DNA from: Candidatus Rokuibacteriota bacterium
GTDB taxonomy: Bacteria > Methylomirabilota > Methylomirabilia > Rokubacteriales > CSP1-6
DNA: 13,271 nucleotides
Direction: 5' to 3'
NCBI GenBank assembly: GCA_016184305.1
Contig: JACPCX010000154.1
Span: 1 to 13,271 of the forward strand
The translations under genes and the position numbers were made by a program. The number at the start of each line of letters is the position of its first letter. Positions within the stretch are counted from its first letter, which is position 1. This document shows, piece after piece, positions 1 through 8,804 of the stretch. Under the pieces are notes generated by a model that was not told the DNA's origin, made no database searches, and worked only from the letters and a program-made list of their open reading frames with translations.

Positions 1-392
<392 letters not shown>

Positions 393-516
393 TGAAGCGA
401 GAAACTTGAACCCTGGTCCCTAAAAGCCCAACCAAGATGTTGCTTCGGTCGAGCGCAAGGTACTCAGTAGTTACGGATGGTGCTCACACTTCATCGGTGA
501 GCCAGTAGCATATGCG

Positions 517-529
517 ATTTTCAAAGAAC
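517..529 (-). promoter_or_regulatory. rrn leader boxA antitermination site
   Basis: Minus strand reads GTTCTTTGAAAAT, matching the boxA-type motif, between the promoter and the 16S gene. A small GGGG..CCCC hairpin (boxB-like) lies just upstream at ~534-547. Confidence 0.75.
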
Positions 530-645
530 GGTTGGGGTCTCGGCCCCGTTGTGGGTTGAATCAGGTCAGCTGGACCAACACGACCGGCTGCCTACTCTCA
601 ACACCCGCCCCTGGTGACAGCTGCCTCCGGGCTGGGCAGAGGTTG

Positions 646-674
646 ATGCTACCGGCACGGCTTCATGATGTCAA
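646..674 (-). promoter_or_regulatory. sigma70-type rRNA operon promoter
   Basis: Minus strand: TTGACA (669-674), exactly 17 nt spacer, TAGCAT (646-651), about 250 nt upstream of the 16S 5' end. Confidence 0.85.
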
Positions 675-697
675 GCAATTGTTTGGGGGGTGCCGAA

Positions 698-1891
698 CTA
701 TCTCACGAGCACCCGCTTGAAGCGCCGCCCGAGCTGCAGGACCACCTGGCTCCCACGCCCCAGGACGCGTTCCAGATCAACCACCCGCTCTCCGTCCACC
801 CTCACGCCTCCCTCGCCCATCTTCCGCCTGGCTTCCGAGTTGCTGGAGGCGATCCCGGCTGCGGTCAGGGCCTTCCAGACCGGGATCCCTTCCCCTTCGG
901 CCACAATGGCAACAGTCTCAATGATTTCAGGCACTTGCCTGTTCTGAATGACCCTGACGAACTCAGCCTCTGCCTCGGCCGCCGCCGCCTCGCCATGGTA
1001 CTGGGCCGTGACGATCCGGGCTAGCCTCTTCTTTGCCTCCATCGGGTGAAGGCGACGCAACCCGGCGATCTCTTCCGGCGAGATCCGGGTCACCAGCTCG
1101 AAGTACCGGAACATCAGGGTGTCGGAGACCGACATGAGCTTGCCGAACATCTCCGCGGCCGGCTCGGCGATGCCCACATAGTTGCCGAGACTCTTGGACA
1201 TCTTCTGCGCGCCGTCGAGCCCCTCAAGGATGGGCACCGTAAGCGCCACCTGCGGCTCCTGCTCGTGGGCCCGCTGCAGATCCCGGCCCACCAGCAGGTT
1301 GAAGGTCTGGTCGGTGCCGCCCAGCTCGACGTCGGCCCCCAGGGCCACCGAGTCATAGGCCTGCGCGATCGGGTACAGAAACTCGTGCAGGCTGATGGGC
1401 CGCCCGCTGGCATAGCGGCTCGCGAAATCTTCACGCTGGAGCATCTGCGCCACCGTGAGGTGGGCGGTTTCCCGGATCACGCCCTCGAAGGTGAGCGGCG
1501 AGAGCCACGTCGAGTTGAACTCGACTCGCGTCCGGGTCATCTCCAGGATCTTGCCGAGCTGGGCGCGGTACGTCTCGGCGTTCGCCCGGATCTCGTCCCA
1601 CGAAAGCGGCCTGCGCGTCTCGGAGCGTCCCGTGGGATCTCCGATCATGCCGGTGAAATCGCCGATGATGATGATGATCTGGTGGCCGAGATCCTGGAAG
1701 TCTCTGAGCTTCTGGAGCACGACCGTGTGCCCGAGGTGCAGATCCGGGGCGGTCGGGTCGAGACCCAGCTTGACCTTGAGCGGTGTCCCGGTCGCCCGGG
1801 CGCGCTGAAGTTTCTGTATCAGCTCCGCCTCAACGATGATCTCGGCCGTCCCTCGGCGGAGGCGGGCCATCTGCTCGTCGACGGGAAGCAT
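698..1891 (-). CDS. tyrS: Tyrosine--tRNA ligase
   Basis: KLGLDPTAPDLHLGH (HIGH motif), ELGGTDQ, KMSKS and a C-terminal S4-like domain (SNSEARRKMGEGGVRVDG). The likely start is the ATG at 1891 (MLPVDEQ); the ORF extends to 1924/1927. Confidence 0.96.
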   Translation of the reverse strand: MLPVDEQMARLRRGTAEIIVEAELIQKLQRARATGTPLKVKLGLDPTAPDLHLGHTVVLQKLRDFQDLGHQIIIIIGDFTGMIGDPTGRSETRRPLSWDEIRANAETYRAQLGKILEMTRTRVEFNSTWLSPLTFEGVIRETAHLTVAQMLQREDFASRYASGRPISLHEFLYPIAQAYDSVALGADVELGGTDQTFNLLVGRDLQRAHEQEPQVALTVPILEGLDGAQKMSKSLGNYVGIAEPAAEMFGKLMSVSDTLMFRYFELVTRISPEEIAGLRRLHPMEAKKRLARIVTAQYHGEAAAAEAEAEFVRVIQNRQVPEIIETVAIVAEGEGIPVWKALTAAGIASSNSEARRKMGEGGVRVDGERVVDLERVLGRGSQVVLQLGRRFKRVLVR

Positions 1892-1955
1892 GGCACGCGG
1901 GGCAGGGGGGGGCGGTCCGTGCATCACGCCAGAGGGGGAACGCCGCTCGAGTTCA

Positions 1956-1975
1956 CCCCTGTATAATACCAGGGG
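1956..1975. promoter_or_regulatory. Overlapping divergent -10 elements (bidirectional promoter) inside a CCCCTG/CAGGGG inverted repeat
   Basis: Plus strand TATAAT at 1962-1967, 8 nt before the PBP ATG. Minus strand TGG-TATTAT (extended -10, 1963-1971) faces tyrS. Confidence 0.65.
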
Positions 1976-4093
1976 ATGCCTCCGCAGCGCCGCGCGAAAC
2001 CCTCTCCTCGTACCCGAAGGCCTTGGCTGCGGCGGCTCCTGCTCGCCGGCGGAGTCCTCCTGTTCCTCACCACGCTGGCGGCCGGCGTCGCCTCGATCTG
2101 GGCCTTCACCGTCCTACCGCGCTCGCTGCCGTCGGTCAGCGCCCTGGAGAACTTCGAGCCAAGCCGCGGCACGAAGGTGTTCGACGAAAACGACGAGCTG
2201 GTTACCGAGTTCCACGTGGAGCGGCGTATCTTCACGCCCCTCACACAGATCCCCAAGGCGCTCAAGGACGCCATCATCGCAACGGAGGACACCCGCTTTT
2301 ACTCACACTACGGCGTGGATCCCATGGGCGTCGCCCGGGCGATCTACCAGAACTTCCGCCACGGACGCATCGTGGAAGGCGGAAGCACGATCACCCAGCA
2401 GCTCGCCAAGGTGCTCTTTCTCACCCCGGACAAGAGCCTTGATCGGAAGCTCAAGGAAGCGGTGCTGGCGGTGGAACTCGAGCGCCGGTACACGAAGGAC
2501 CGGCTTCTGGAGATGTACCTCAACCAGATCTACTTCGGGCACGGCGCCTTCGGAGTGGAAGCCGCGGCCCGCACATACTTCGGCAAGCCGGTCAGCGACC
2601 TGACCCTCGCCGAGAGCGCGTTGCTTGCTGGCCTTCCAAAGGCTCCGTCCACCTACTCCCCCTTCGATCGCCCGGAAGCCGCCAAACGGCGACGGAGCAC
2701 GGTCCTGGCCCGCATGTTGGAGGTCGGCTTCGTGAAGGGGGAGGAGACAAGGCGGGCCGCCGCAACGGAACTTCAGCTCGTCCCGCCTGAGCGGCGGCGC
2801 ACCACGGGTCAGTACTACCTGGAGTACGTCCAGCAGATCCTCGAACAGCAGTACGGGGCCGACCTCGTCTTCAAGGGGGGGCTCCAGGTCTACACGACCC
2901 TGTCGCCGACCATGCAGCTCCGCGCCGAGCAAACCCTCCGCGAAGGGCTCAGGGCGCTCGAGACTCGCCGGGCGAAAGCGGCAGAGAAGGCCGGAGCCGC
3001 CCCCATCACCGAGCGACCCGAGGGGGCGCTCCTGACCATTGACCCACAGACCGGCTACATCAAGGTGATGGTCGGCGGGTACGACTTCTTCAAGAGCGAG
3101 TTCAACCGCGCTGTCCAGGCGCGCCGCCAGCCCGGCTCCGCCTTCAAGCCCTTCGTGTACATCGCTGCGCTCGAGGCAGGCTTCACGCCGTCCAGCGTCG
3201 TCGAGGACTCGCCGGTCGAGTACGCCGTGGGGCCGAAGGGGAAGCCGTGGAAGCCCGACAATTACGACAGGAAGTTCCGGGGACCGGTCACCTTCCAGCA
3301 GGCTCTCGAGGAGTCCATCAACGTGGCCGCGGTCAAGGTTCAGGAGCGCGTGGGGATCCGGCGAACCCTGGACGTGGCGCGCCGGCTAGGCGTCGAGAGC
3401 CCGCTGTCCGAGAACCTGAGCCTTGCCCTCGGCAGCTCGGACCTGACCCTTCTCGAGCTCACGTCGGCCTACGGGGCCCTGGCCAACCAGGGGACCTGGA
3501 TGCGCCCGACGGCCATCCGCTACGTGCTGGACGCCCAGGGGCAGCTCCTGGAAGAGAACGTGCCCGAGGGGAAGCCTGCGCTCTCTCCGGAGCTGGCCTA
3601 CGTGATCACTCACATGCTGAAGGGAACCGTGGAGCGCGGAACGGGGGTAGCCGCCAAGGCGCTGGGGCGTCCGGTCGCTGCCAAGACCGGCACCACCAAC
3701 GATTACTCGAACGCCTGGTTCATCGGTTTCACGCCCCACCTGGTGACGGGGGTATGGGTAGGCCATGACCGCCCGAAGAGCCTCGGCCGCGACGAGACGG
3801 GCTCGCGGGTAGCAATCCCCATCTGGACGGCCTTCATGGCGAGCGTGCTCGCAGGAACGCCGGTGCAGGACTTCCCCGTGCCGGAGGGCGTGGTGGTGGT
3901 CCCGGTGGATCTGCACCCCGGCGAGGGCTGCATCCGTCCGGTGCTGATGGCCTTCATCAGCGGCAGCGAGCCGCGAAACGCCTGTGGGCCCGCGCGGTCA
4001 GGATCGACGGCGCATGCCTCGCCCGGCGTCGCGGCCGATCCCGGTTTCGGCCAGCCAGAGGGTGCGCGGGTGGGCTCTCAGCAGAACCCCTAG
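1976..4093 (+). CDS. Class A penicillin-binding protein (PBP1A family, transglycosylase/transpeptidase)
   Basis: Basic N-terminus and TM helix; GT51 motifs [37 protein letters not shown]; transpeptidase motifs SAFK, SIN, KTG. Confidence 0.96.
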   Translation: MPPQRRAKPSPRTRRPWLRRLLLAGGVLLFLTTLAAGVASIWAFTVLPRSLPSVSALENFEPSRGTKVFDENDELVTEFHVERRIFTPLTQIPKALKDAIIATEDTRFYSHYGVDPMGVARAIYQNFRHGRIVEGGSTITQQLAKVLFLTPDKSLDRKLKEAVLAVELERRYTKDRLLEMYLNQIYFGHGAFGVEAAARTYFGKPVSDLTLAESALLAGLPKAPSTYSPFDRPEAAKRRRSTVLARMLEVGFVKGEETRRAAATELQLVPPERRRTTGQYYLEYVQQILEQQYGADLVFKGGLQVYTTLSPTMQLRAEQTLREGLRALETRRAKAAEKAGAAPITERPEGALLTIDPQTGYIKVMVGGYDFFKSEFNRAVQARRQPGSAFKPFVYIAALEAGFTPSSVVEDSPVEYAVGPKGKPWKPDNYDRKFRGPVTFQQALEESINVAAVKVQERVGIRRTLDVARRLGVESPLSENLSLALGSSDLTLLELTSAYGALANQGTWMRPTAIRYVLDAQGQLLEENVPEGKPALSPELAYVITHMLKGTVERGTGVAAKALGRPVAAKTGTTNDYSNAWFIGFTPHLVTGVWVGHDRPKSLGRDETGSRVAIPIWTAFMASVLAGTPVQDFPVPEGVVVVPVDLHPGEGCIRPVLMAFISGSEPRNACGPARSGSTAHASPGVAADPGFGQPEGARVGSQQNP

Positions 4094-5586
4094 CCGCCGT
4101 CCATCGACGCCACGACGCCAAAGCGGCCGGCCACGACGTTCCAGGTCTCGCCGCCGAGCAGCTCACCGAAGACGGCGGTGAGCCCGCCGATGGGGACGCG
4201 GACCTGCTGCATGGAGTCGCGGTCTCGGATCGTCACCCGGCCGTCCCCGGCCTCACCCCTGTCGGAGTCGCCAGCCGTCTGGACGTCCACGGTCACACAG
4301 AACGGGGTCCCGACCTCGTCCTGGCGCCGATAGAGCCGGCCGATGGCGGCGGTGTCGTCGTAGGTGGCCGGCCACAGACGGGCCAGCTCCTCCCGGATCG
4401 CCTGGCAGGTCCGGACGATCTCCTCACGCTTCTTGAGGAGCGGCAGCACGGCGATCTTGATGGGGGCGAGCTCCGGGTGCAGGCGCAGGACCACGCGCTT
4501 CTCCCCCCGGACCTCCTCCTCTCGGTAGGCGTCCGCAAGGAACGCCAGGAGGGCCCGGTCAACGCCGGCGGACGGCTCGATCACGTAGGGCACTACGTGC
4601 TCCTTCCGCTCCTCATCGAAGTACGTCAGCGTCTTGCCGCTCCACTTCGCGTGTTGCTTCAGGTCGAAGTCGGTCCGGTTGGCGATCCCCATCAGCTCGC
4701 TCCAGCCGAGGGGGAAGCGGTACTCGATGTCGGCCGTCCGCTTGGCGTAGTGGGCCAGCTCGTCTTTCTCGTGCTCCCGAAGCCGGAGGTTCCCGGCCTG
4801 GAGGCCGTAGCGCTGGAACCACCCCATGCAGTCCTCGATCCATCGCTCGTGCCAGTACTCGTCCGCCGGCCGGCCGCCCACCGAGTCGTGCGGGTTCACG
4901 AAGTACTCGATCTCCATCTGCTCGAACTCGCGGGTCCGGAAGATGAAGTTCCCCGGCGTGATCTCGTTCCGGAACGCCTTGCCGATCTGCGCGATGCCGA
5001 ACGGGAGCTTGCGGCGCATGGACTGGAGCACGTTGTCGAAGTTGACGAAGATCCCCTGGGCGGTCTCGGGGCGGAGGTAGGTGACCGCGGCGTCCTCCGC
5101 CACCGGCCCCATGAACGTCTTGAACATGAGGTTGAATTGGCGCGGAGGAGTCAACTCGCCCTTGCCGCAGTCGGGGCACAACGTGCGCTGGAGGCCGCAG
5201 TGCGTGCACGGCCCGCCCCCCGGGATCGTGAACTTGTTCCCCTTCGTCGCGTCGCAGTAGTGGACCCACGGCGTATCGTTCAGCGTGTCGGCCCGGAACC
5301 GCCGGCGACACTCCCGGCAATCCACCATCGGGTCGGTGAAGTGATCCACGTGGCCGCTGGCCTTCCAGACGGTCGCGTGCATCAGGATCGAGGCATCGAG
5401 CCCGACCATGTCGGCCCGCGTCTGCACGTGGTCCCGCCACCACACTCGCTTGATGTTGTTCTTGAGCTCCACGCCAAGCGGGCCGTAGTCCCAGCATGAG
5501 CCCGTCCCGCCGTAGATCTCGCTGGACTGGAAGATGAAGCCGCGCCGCTTGCAGAGCGACACCAGGGTGTCCATGGAGAGAGGCAT
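4090..5586 (-). CDS. glyQS: Glycine--tRNA ligase, homodimeric (alpha2) type
   Basis: [63 protein letters not shown] and the anticodon-domain motif [14 protein letters not shown]. Confidence 0.96.
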   Translation of the reverse strand: MPLSMDTLVSLCKRRGFIFQSSEIYGGTGSCWDYGPLGVELKNNIKRVWWRDHVQTRADMVGLDASILMHATVWKASGHVDHFTDPMVDCRECRRRFRADTLNDTPWVHYCDATKGNKFTIPGGGPCTHCGLQRTLCPDCGKGELTPPRQFNLMFKTFMGPVAEDAAVTYLRPETAQGIFVNFDNVLQSMRRKLPFGIAQIGKAFRNEITPGNFIFRTREFEQMEIEYFVNPHDSVGGRPADEYWHERWIEDCMGWFQRYGLQAGNLRLREHEKDELAHYAKRTADIEYRFPLGWSELMGIANRTDFDLKQHAKWSGKTLTYFDEERKEHVVPYVIEPSAGVDRALLAFLADAYREEEVRGEKRVVLRLHPELAPIKIAVLPLLKKREEIVRTCQAIREELARLWPATYDDTAAIGRLYRRQDEVGTPFCVTVDVQTAGDSDRGEAGDGRVTIRDRDSMQQVRVPIGGLTAVFGELLGGETWNVVAGRFGVVASMDGG

Positions 5587-5591
5587 GGCGG

Positions 5592-6362
5592 TCAGGATAG
5601 CACGGGGGGGAGCGGCCGTCGGGTCTGGCCGAGAAAGCGCATCGACCGCGGCACCTGACCGATGAGCCGGGCCACGATTCCTTCCAGGACGAGTGTCAGC
5701 TCCTCGTTAAGGGGAGGGCTCAGGGGGAGCCGGAGCGCCTCCTCCCATCGGAATCCCCGGAGTCGGCCGAGCGTGCCGACGGCTGCGCCGCTGAGCGGGA
5801 TGGCGTGCGCCCGTGCGCCACAGGGGACGCAGACGAGCCCTCCCGCCTCCACATCGAGGACCGCGTCCTGGAAGGGGTACGCGCGGCCACATTCCACGCA
5901 CCGGTCGATCCTCGGACGGTGACCCAGGAGGTCCACGGCGCGGACGCCGAAGCAGATGGCGACCCGCGCCGGACAGATCCCCGCTTCCAGCGCCCGCAGG
6001 CTCCTCACGAGGAGGCCAAAGAGGGCCGCGTTCGGATCGCGGTCCGCCGACAGGCGCGCCAGGCACTCGACGGTCCATGCCCCGCGCCCGAGGCGCTCGA
6101 GGTGCTCCCGGACACGGACGAACGGGTCGAGGATGTCAAAGTGGTCTACTCGCACGAGCTCGCTGCGGCCGGTGTCAAAGAAGACCAGAACTCCGAGCGT
6201 GAGGGGCTCCAGCGCGGCGAGGAAACGGGAGCGGGGCCGCCGGGCCGCCTTGGCGACGCCGCGCACCTTGCCGAAGTCCCGCGTGTAGAACTCCATGAGG
6301 CGGTCGCTTTCCCCGAGGGCTCGGCGACCGATGACGACGGCCCGCGTCCTGTAGAGCGCCAT
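5592..6362 (-). CDS. recO: DNA repair protein RecO
   Basis: N-terminal OB fold ([18 protein letters not shown]), zinc finger CVECG...GGLVCVPC, conserved position after era. Confidence 0.93.
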   Translation of the reverse strand: MALYRTRAVVIGRRALGESDRLMEFYTRDFGKVRGVAKAARRPRSRFLAALEPLTLGVLVFFDTGRSELVRVDHFDILDPFVRVREHLERLGRGAWTVECLARLSADRDPNAALFGLLVRSLRALEAGICPARVAICFGVRAVDLLGHRPRIDRCVECGRAYPFQDAVLDVEAGGLVCVPCGARAHAIPLSGAAVGTLGRLRGFRWEEALRLPLSPPLNEELTLVLEGIVARLIGQVPRSMRFLGQTRRPLPPVLS

Positions 6363-6364
6363 GG

Positions 6365-7273
6365 CTACGAGGTGAGGAGGAAGCCGAACTCCCGCAGCGC
6401 GTTGTCGTCCTTCCGCCAGTTCTTCCTGACCCTCACGCGGAGCTCCAGGTAGGTCTTGATGCCGAAGAAGCGCTCGAGGTCCTCACGGGCGGACGTGCCG
6501 ATCCGCTTGAGCATGGTTCCGCCCTGCCCGATGACGATCCCCTTCTGGGACTCCTGCTCGACAAAGATGGCGGCCCGGATGTACAGGCACTCAGGGCGCT
6601 CCCGCTCGCTGAGCTCCTCCACCCGCACGGCGCATGCGTACGGGATCTCCTGATGGGTCAGACGGAAGATCTTCTCCCTGATGATCTCGGCCACGAAGAA
6701 GGTCTCCGGCTGGTCCGTCAGGGACTCGCGCGGGAAGTACGCCGGCCGCTCTGGCATGCCCCGGACGATCAGGTCGAGCAGGATGTCGCAGGTGGTGCCG
6801 TGCTCGGCAGAGATGGGGATGATCTCCTGGAAGGCGTAGCGCGCGCCGTACGCCTCGATCAGCGGCAGGAGCCGCGACTTCGGCGTGACCAGGTCGGCTT
6901 TGTTCAGACAGCAGAAGACCGGCGCCCGCACACCCGCGAGCCGCGCCAGGGGTCCACCGTCGATCCGGTCGGCCCGCTCCGTCGCCTCGGCCAGGAAGCA
7001 CACCAGATCCACGTCTTCGAGCGCTCGCTCGGCGGCCTTCACCATCAGCTCGCCGAACTTGCCCGAGCCGGCGTGGAGCCCTGGCGTGTCCACGAACACG
7101 ATCTGCGCGTCGGGCAGATGCTTGATGCCGGTGATCCGCGTCCGGGTGGTCTGGGGGCGGCGGGAGACGATCGCCATCTTTTCCCCGACGAGCCGGTTCA
7201 GGAGGGTGGACTTGCCGACATTGGGGCGACCGATCAGCGCCACGAACCCCGCCCGGTGCGGTGGGCTTGGCAT
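6365..7273 (-). CDS. era: GTPase Era
   Basis: GRPNVGKSTL, PQTTR, DTPG, NKAD and a C-terminal KH domain (QKGIVIGQGG). Start is the ATG at 7273 (TGATG overlap with ybeY) or the GTG at 7276. Confidence 0.97.
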   Translation of the reverse strand: MPSPPHRAGFVALIGRPNVGKSTLLNRLVGEKMAIVSRRPQTTRTRITGIKHLPDAQIVFVDTPGLHAGSGKFGELMVKAAERALEDVDLVCFLAEATERADRIDGGPLARLAGVRAPVFCCLNKADLVTPKSRLLPLIEAYGARYAFQEIIPISAEHGTTCDILLDLIVRGMPERPAYFPRESLTDQPETFFVAEIIREKIFRLTHQEIPYACAVRVEELSERERPECLYIRAAIFVEQESQKGIVIGQGGTMLKRIGTSAREDLERFFGIKTYLELRVRVRKNWRKDDNALREFGFLLTS

Positions 7274-7737
7274 CACGCGCGCAGGAGACCAGACCAGAGG
7301 CGCGCCGGCACGGGACGGTCCGCGGAGCGGGAGAGGATCTCCCGCGCGCGCTCGTGCATCAGGCGGGCCTCCGCCGGCTCAGCGTCGTCGTAGCCGACCA
7401 GGTGAAGCAGGCCGTGGACGGCCAGAAGATCAACCTCGAGCGCCACGGGCACACACAGCCGCGCCGCCTGCCGCGCCGCTGTGTCGGCAGAAACGATGAC
7501 TTCACCGAGCAGCACGGAGCCACCGGGGATCTCCAGGTTGAACGCCAGGACGTCCGTGCGCGACGAGCGCCCGAGGTACCGGGCATTGAGACGCCGGATC
7601 ACCGCATCGTCCACGAGGCTCACGTGGACGTCCCTGTCCGCCCGTCCGAGACATCGGAGTGCAATCCTCACGGTTCGGCCCACCCTGGTCGGAGACAGGC
7701 GGATGCGGCGCTGCAGGTTCCGGACGGCGAGGGCCAT
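7273..7737 (-). CDS. ybeY: rRNA maturation endoribonuclease YbeY
   Basis: LNARYLG, TDVLAF, LGEVIVS and the metal motif HGLLHLVGYDD (the third His of HxxxHxxGYDH is Asp here). Start is the ATG at 7737 or the GTG at 7740. Confidence 0.92.
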   Translation of the reverse strand: MALAVRNLQRRIRLSPTRVGRTVRIALRCLGRADRDVHVSLVDDAVIRRLNARYLGRSSRTDVLAFNLEIPGGSVLLGEVIVSADTAARQAARLCVPVALEVDLLAVHGLLHLVGYDDAEPAEARLMHERAREILSRSADRPVPARLWSGLLRA

Positions 7738-8771
7738 CACTCGGGCGCCGGGCCCGCAGCCTCCTCGAACGGCCGTCCCGCCCGGAGCCCCGAGCGACGC
7801 TGCTCCGAGGGCTGGGCGCGATCATAGGCCCGGACGATCGCCCCGACCAGGTCGTGGCGCACGACGTCCCGGTCGTCGAAGTACACGAACTCGATCCCGT
7901 CGATTCCCTGGAGGACCGCCTGGATCTCGATGAGCCCAGAGGGACGGCTGGCGGGCAGATCAACCTGGGTGACGTCCCCCGTGACAACCATCTTCGCGTT
8001 GAAGCCGAGGCGGGTGAGCGCCATCTTCATCTGCTCGGACGTCGTGTTCTGCGCCTCATCGAGAATGATGAACGCATCGTTGAGCGTGCGCCCCCGCATG
8101 TAGGCCAGGGGCGCAACCTCGATGGTGCCCCGTTCGCTGAGCGACGCGACCTTCTCGGCCTCCATCATGTCGTACAGCGCGTCGTACAGCGGACGCAGAT
8201 ACGGGTGTACCTTCTCGGCCAGGTCGCCGGGAAGGAATCCCAACCGCTCGCCCGCCTCCACGGCGGGGCGGGTCAGGATGATCCGGGCCACCTCCCGGTT
8301 CATGAGCGCCGCCACCGCCATCGCCACCGCCAGGTAGGACTTGCCGGTACCGGCCGGGCCGATGGCGATGACGAGGTCGTAGGCCCGGATGGCGTCCAGG
8401 TAGCGCTTCTGGTTCACCGTCTTCGGGGTGATCAGCTTCTTCCGCGAGGGCACGGGGATGACATCCGCGAAGAGGGACTTGAGGTCCGCCCCCGGGTCGG
8501 TCTCGGCGACGCGGAGCGCCGCACGGATCTCGGCGGCACCCACGGGCGCCCGCACTCTCACCATGTCCGCGAGTGCCCGGATCGCCCGCTCCGCGTGCTC
8601 GACCTGCGATTCCCCCCCCTTGATCGTGATCTGGTGGCCCCGCGCGCTGATCCGCACGCCGTACTGGGATTCCAGGGAGCGCAGGTGCTCGTCGTTGCGA
8701 CCGAGAAGAGTCGGAAGGTTCAGGTCCGGGGGGACATCGATGCGGCGCGTGACGCTGGTGGCTTCAGTCAA
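7737..8771 (-). CDS. phoH: PhoH-family (YbeZ-like) ATPase
   Basis: GPAGTGKS Walker A, RPAVEAGERLGFLPGD, YMRGRTL, DEAQN, GDVTQVDL, VVRH; TTG start. Confidence 0.95.
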   Translation of the reverse strand: MTEATSVTRRIDVPPDLNLPTLLGRNDEHLRSLESQYGVRISARGHQITIKGGESQVEHAERAIRALADMVRVRAPVGAAEIRAALRVAETDPGADLKSLFADVIPVPSRKKLITPKTVNQKRYLDAIRAYDLVIAIGPAGTGKSYLAVAMAVAALMNREVARIILTRPAVEAGERLGFLPGDLAEKVHPYLRPLYDALYDMMEAEKVASLSERGTIEVAPLAYMRGRTLNDAFIILDEAQNTTSEQMKMALTRLGFNAKMVVTGDVTQVDLPASRPSGLIEIQAVLQGIDGIEFVYFDDRDVVRHDLVGAIVRAYDRAQPSEQRRSGLRAGRPFEEAAGPAPE

Positions 8772-8795
8772 CGAGTGGATATGCCTCTGGTTTCG

Positions 8796-8804
8796 AGGAT
8801 ATCA
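8796..8804 (-). promoter_or_regulatory. Possible extended -10 internal promoter for phoH-ybeY-era-recO-glyQS
   Basis: Minus strand TG-A-TATCCT overlaps the aspS stop codon in the only AT-richer gap of the operon, followed by an AGAGG SD-like motif. Confidence 0.4.

Noticed and set aside
1892..1955. T-box or attenuator leader for tyrS (also considered for glyQS and hisS)
   Set aside because: The leaders are far too short or absent, with no T-box consensus and no His- or Tyr-rich leader peptide.
1046..7987. Numerous overlapping Arg/Pro/Gly-rich alternative-frame ORFs
   Set aside because: They are GC-rich shadow frames of well-supported genes with no independent motifs.
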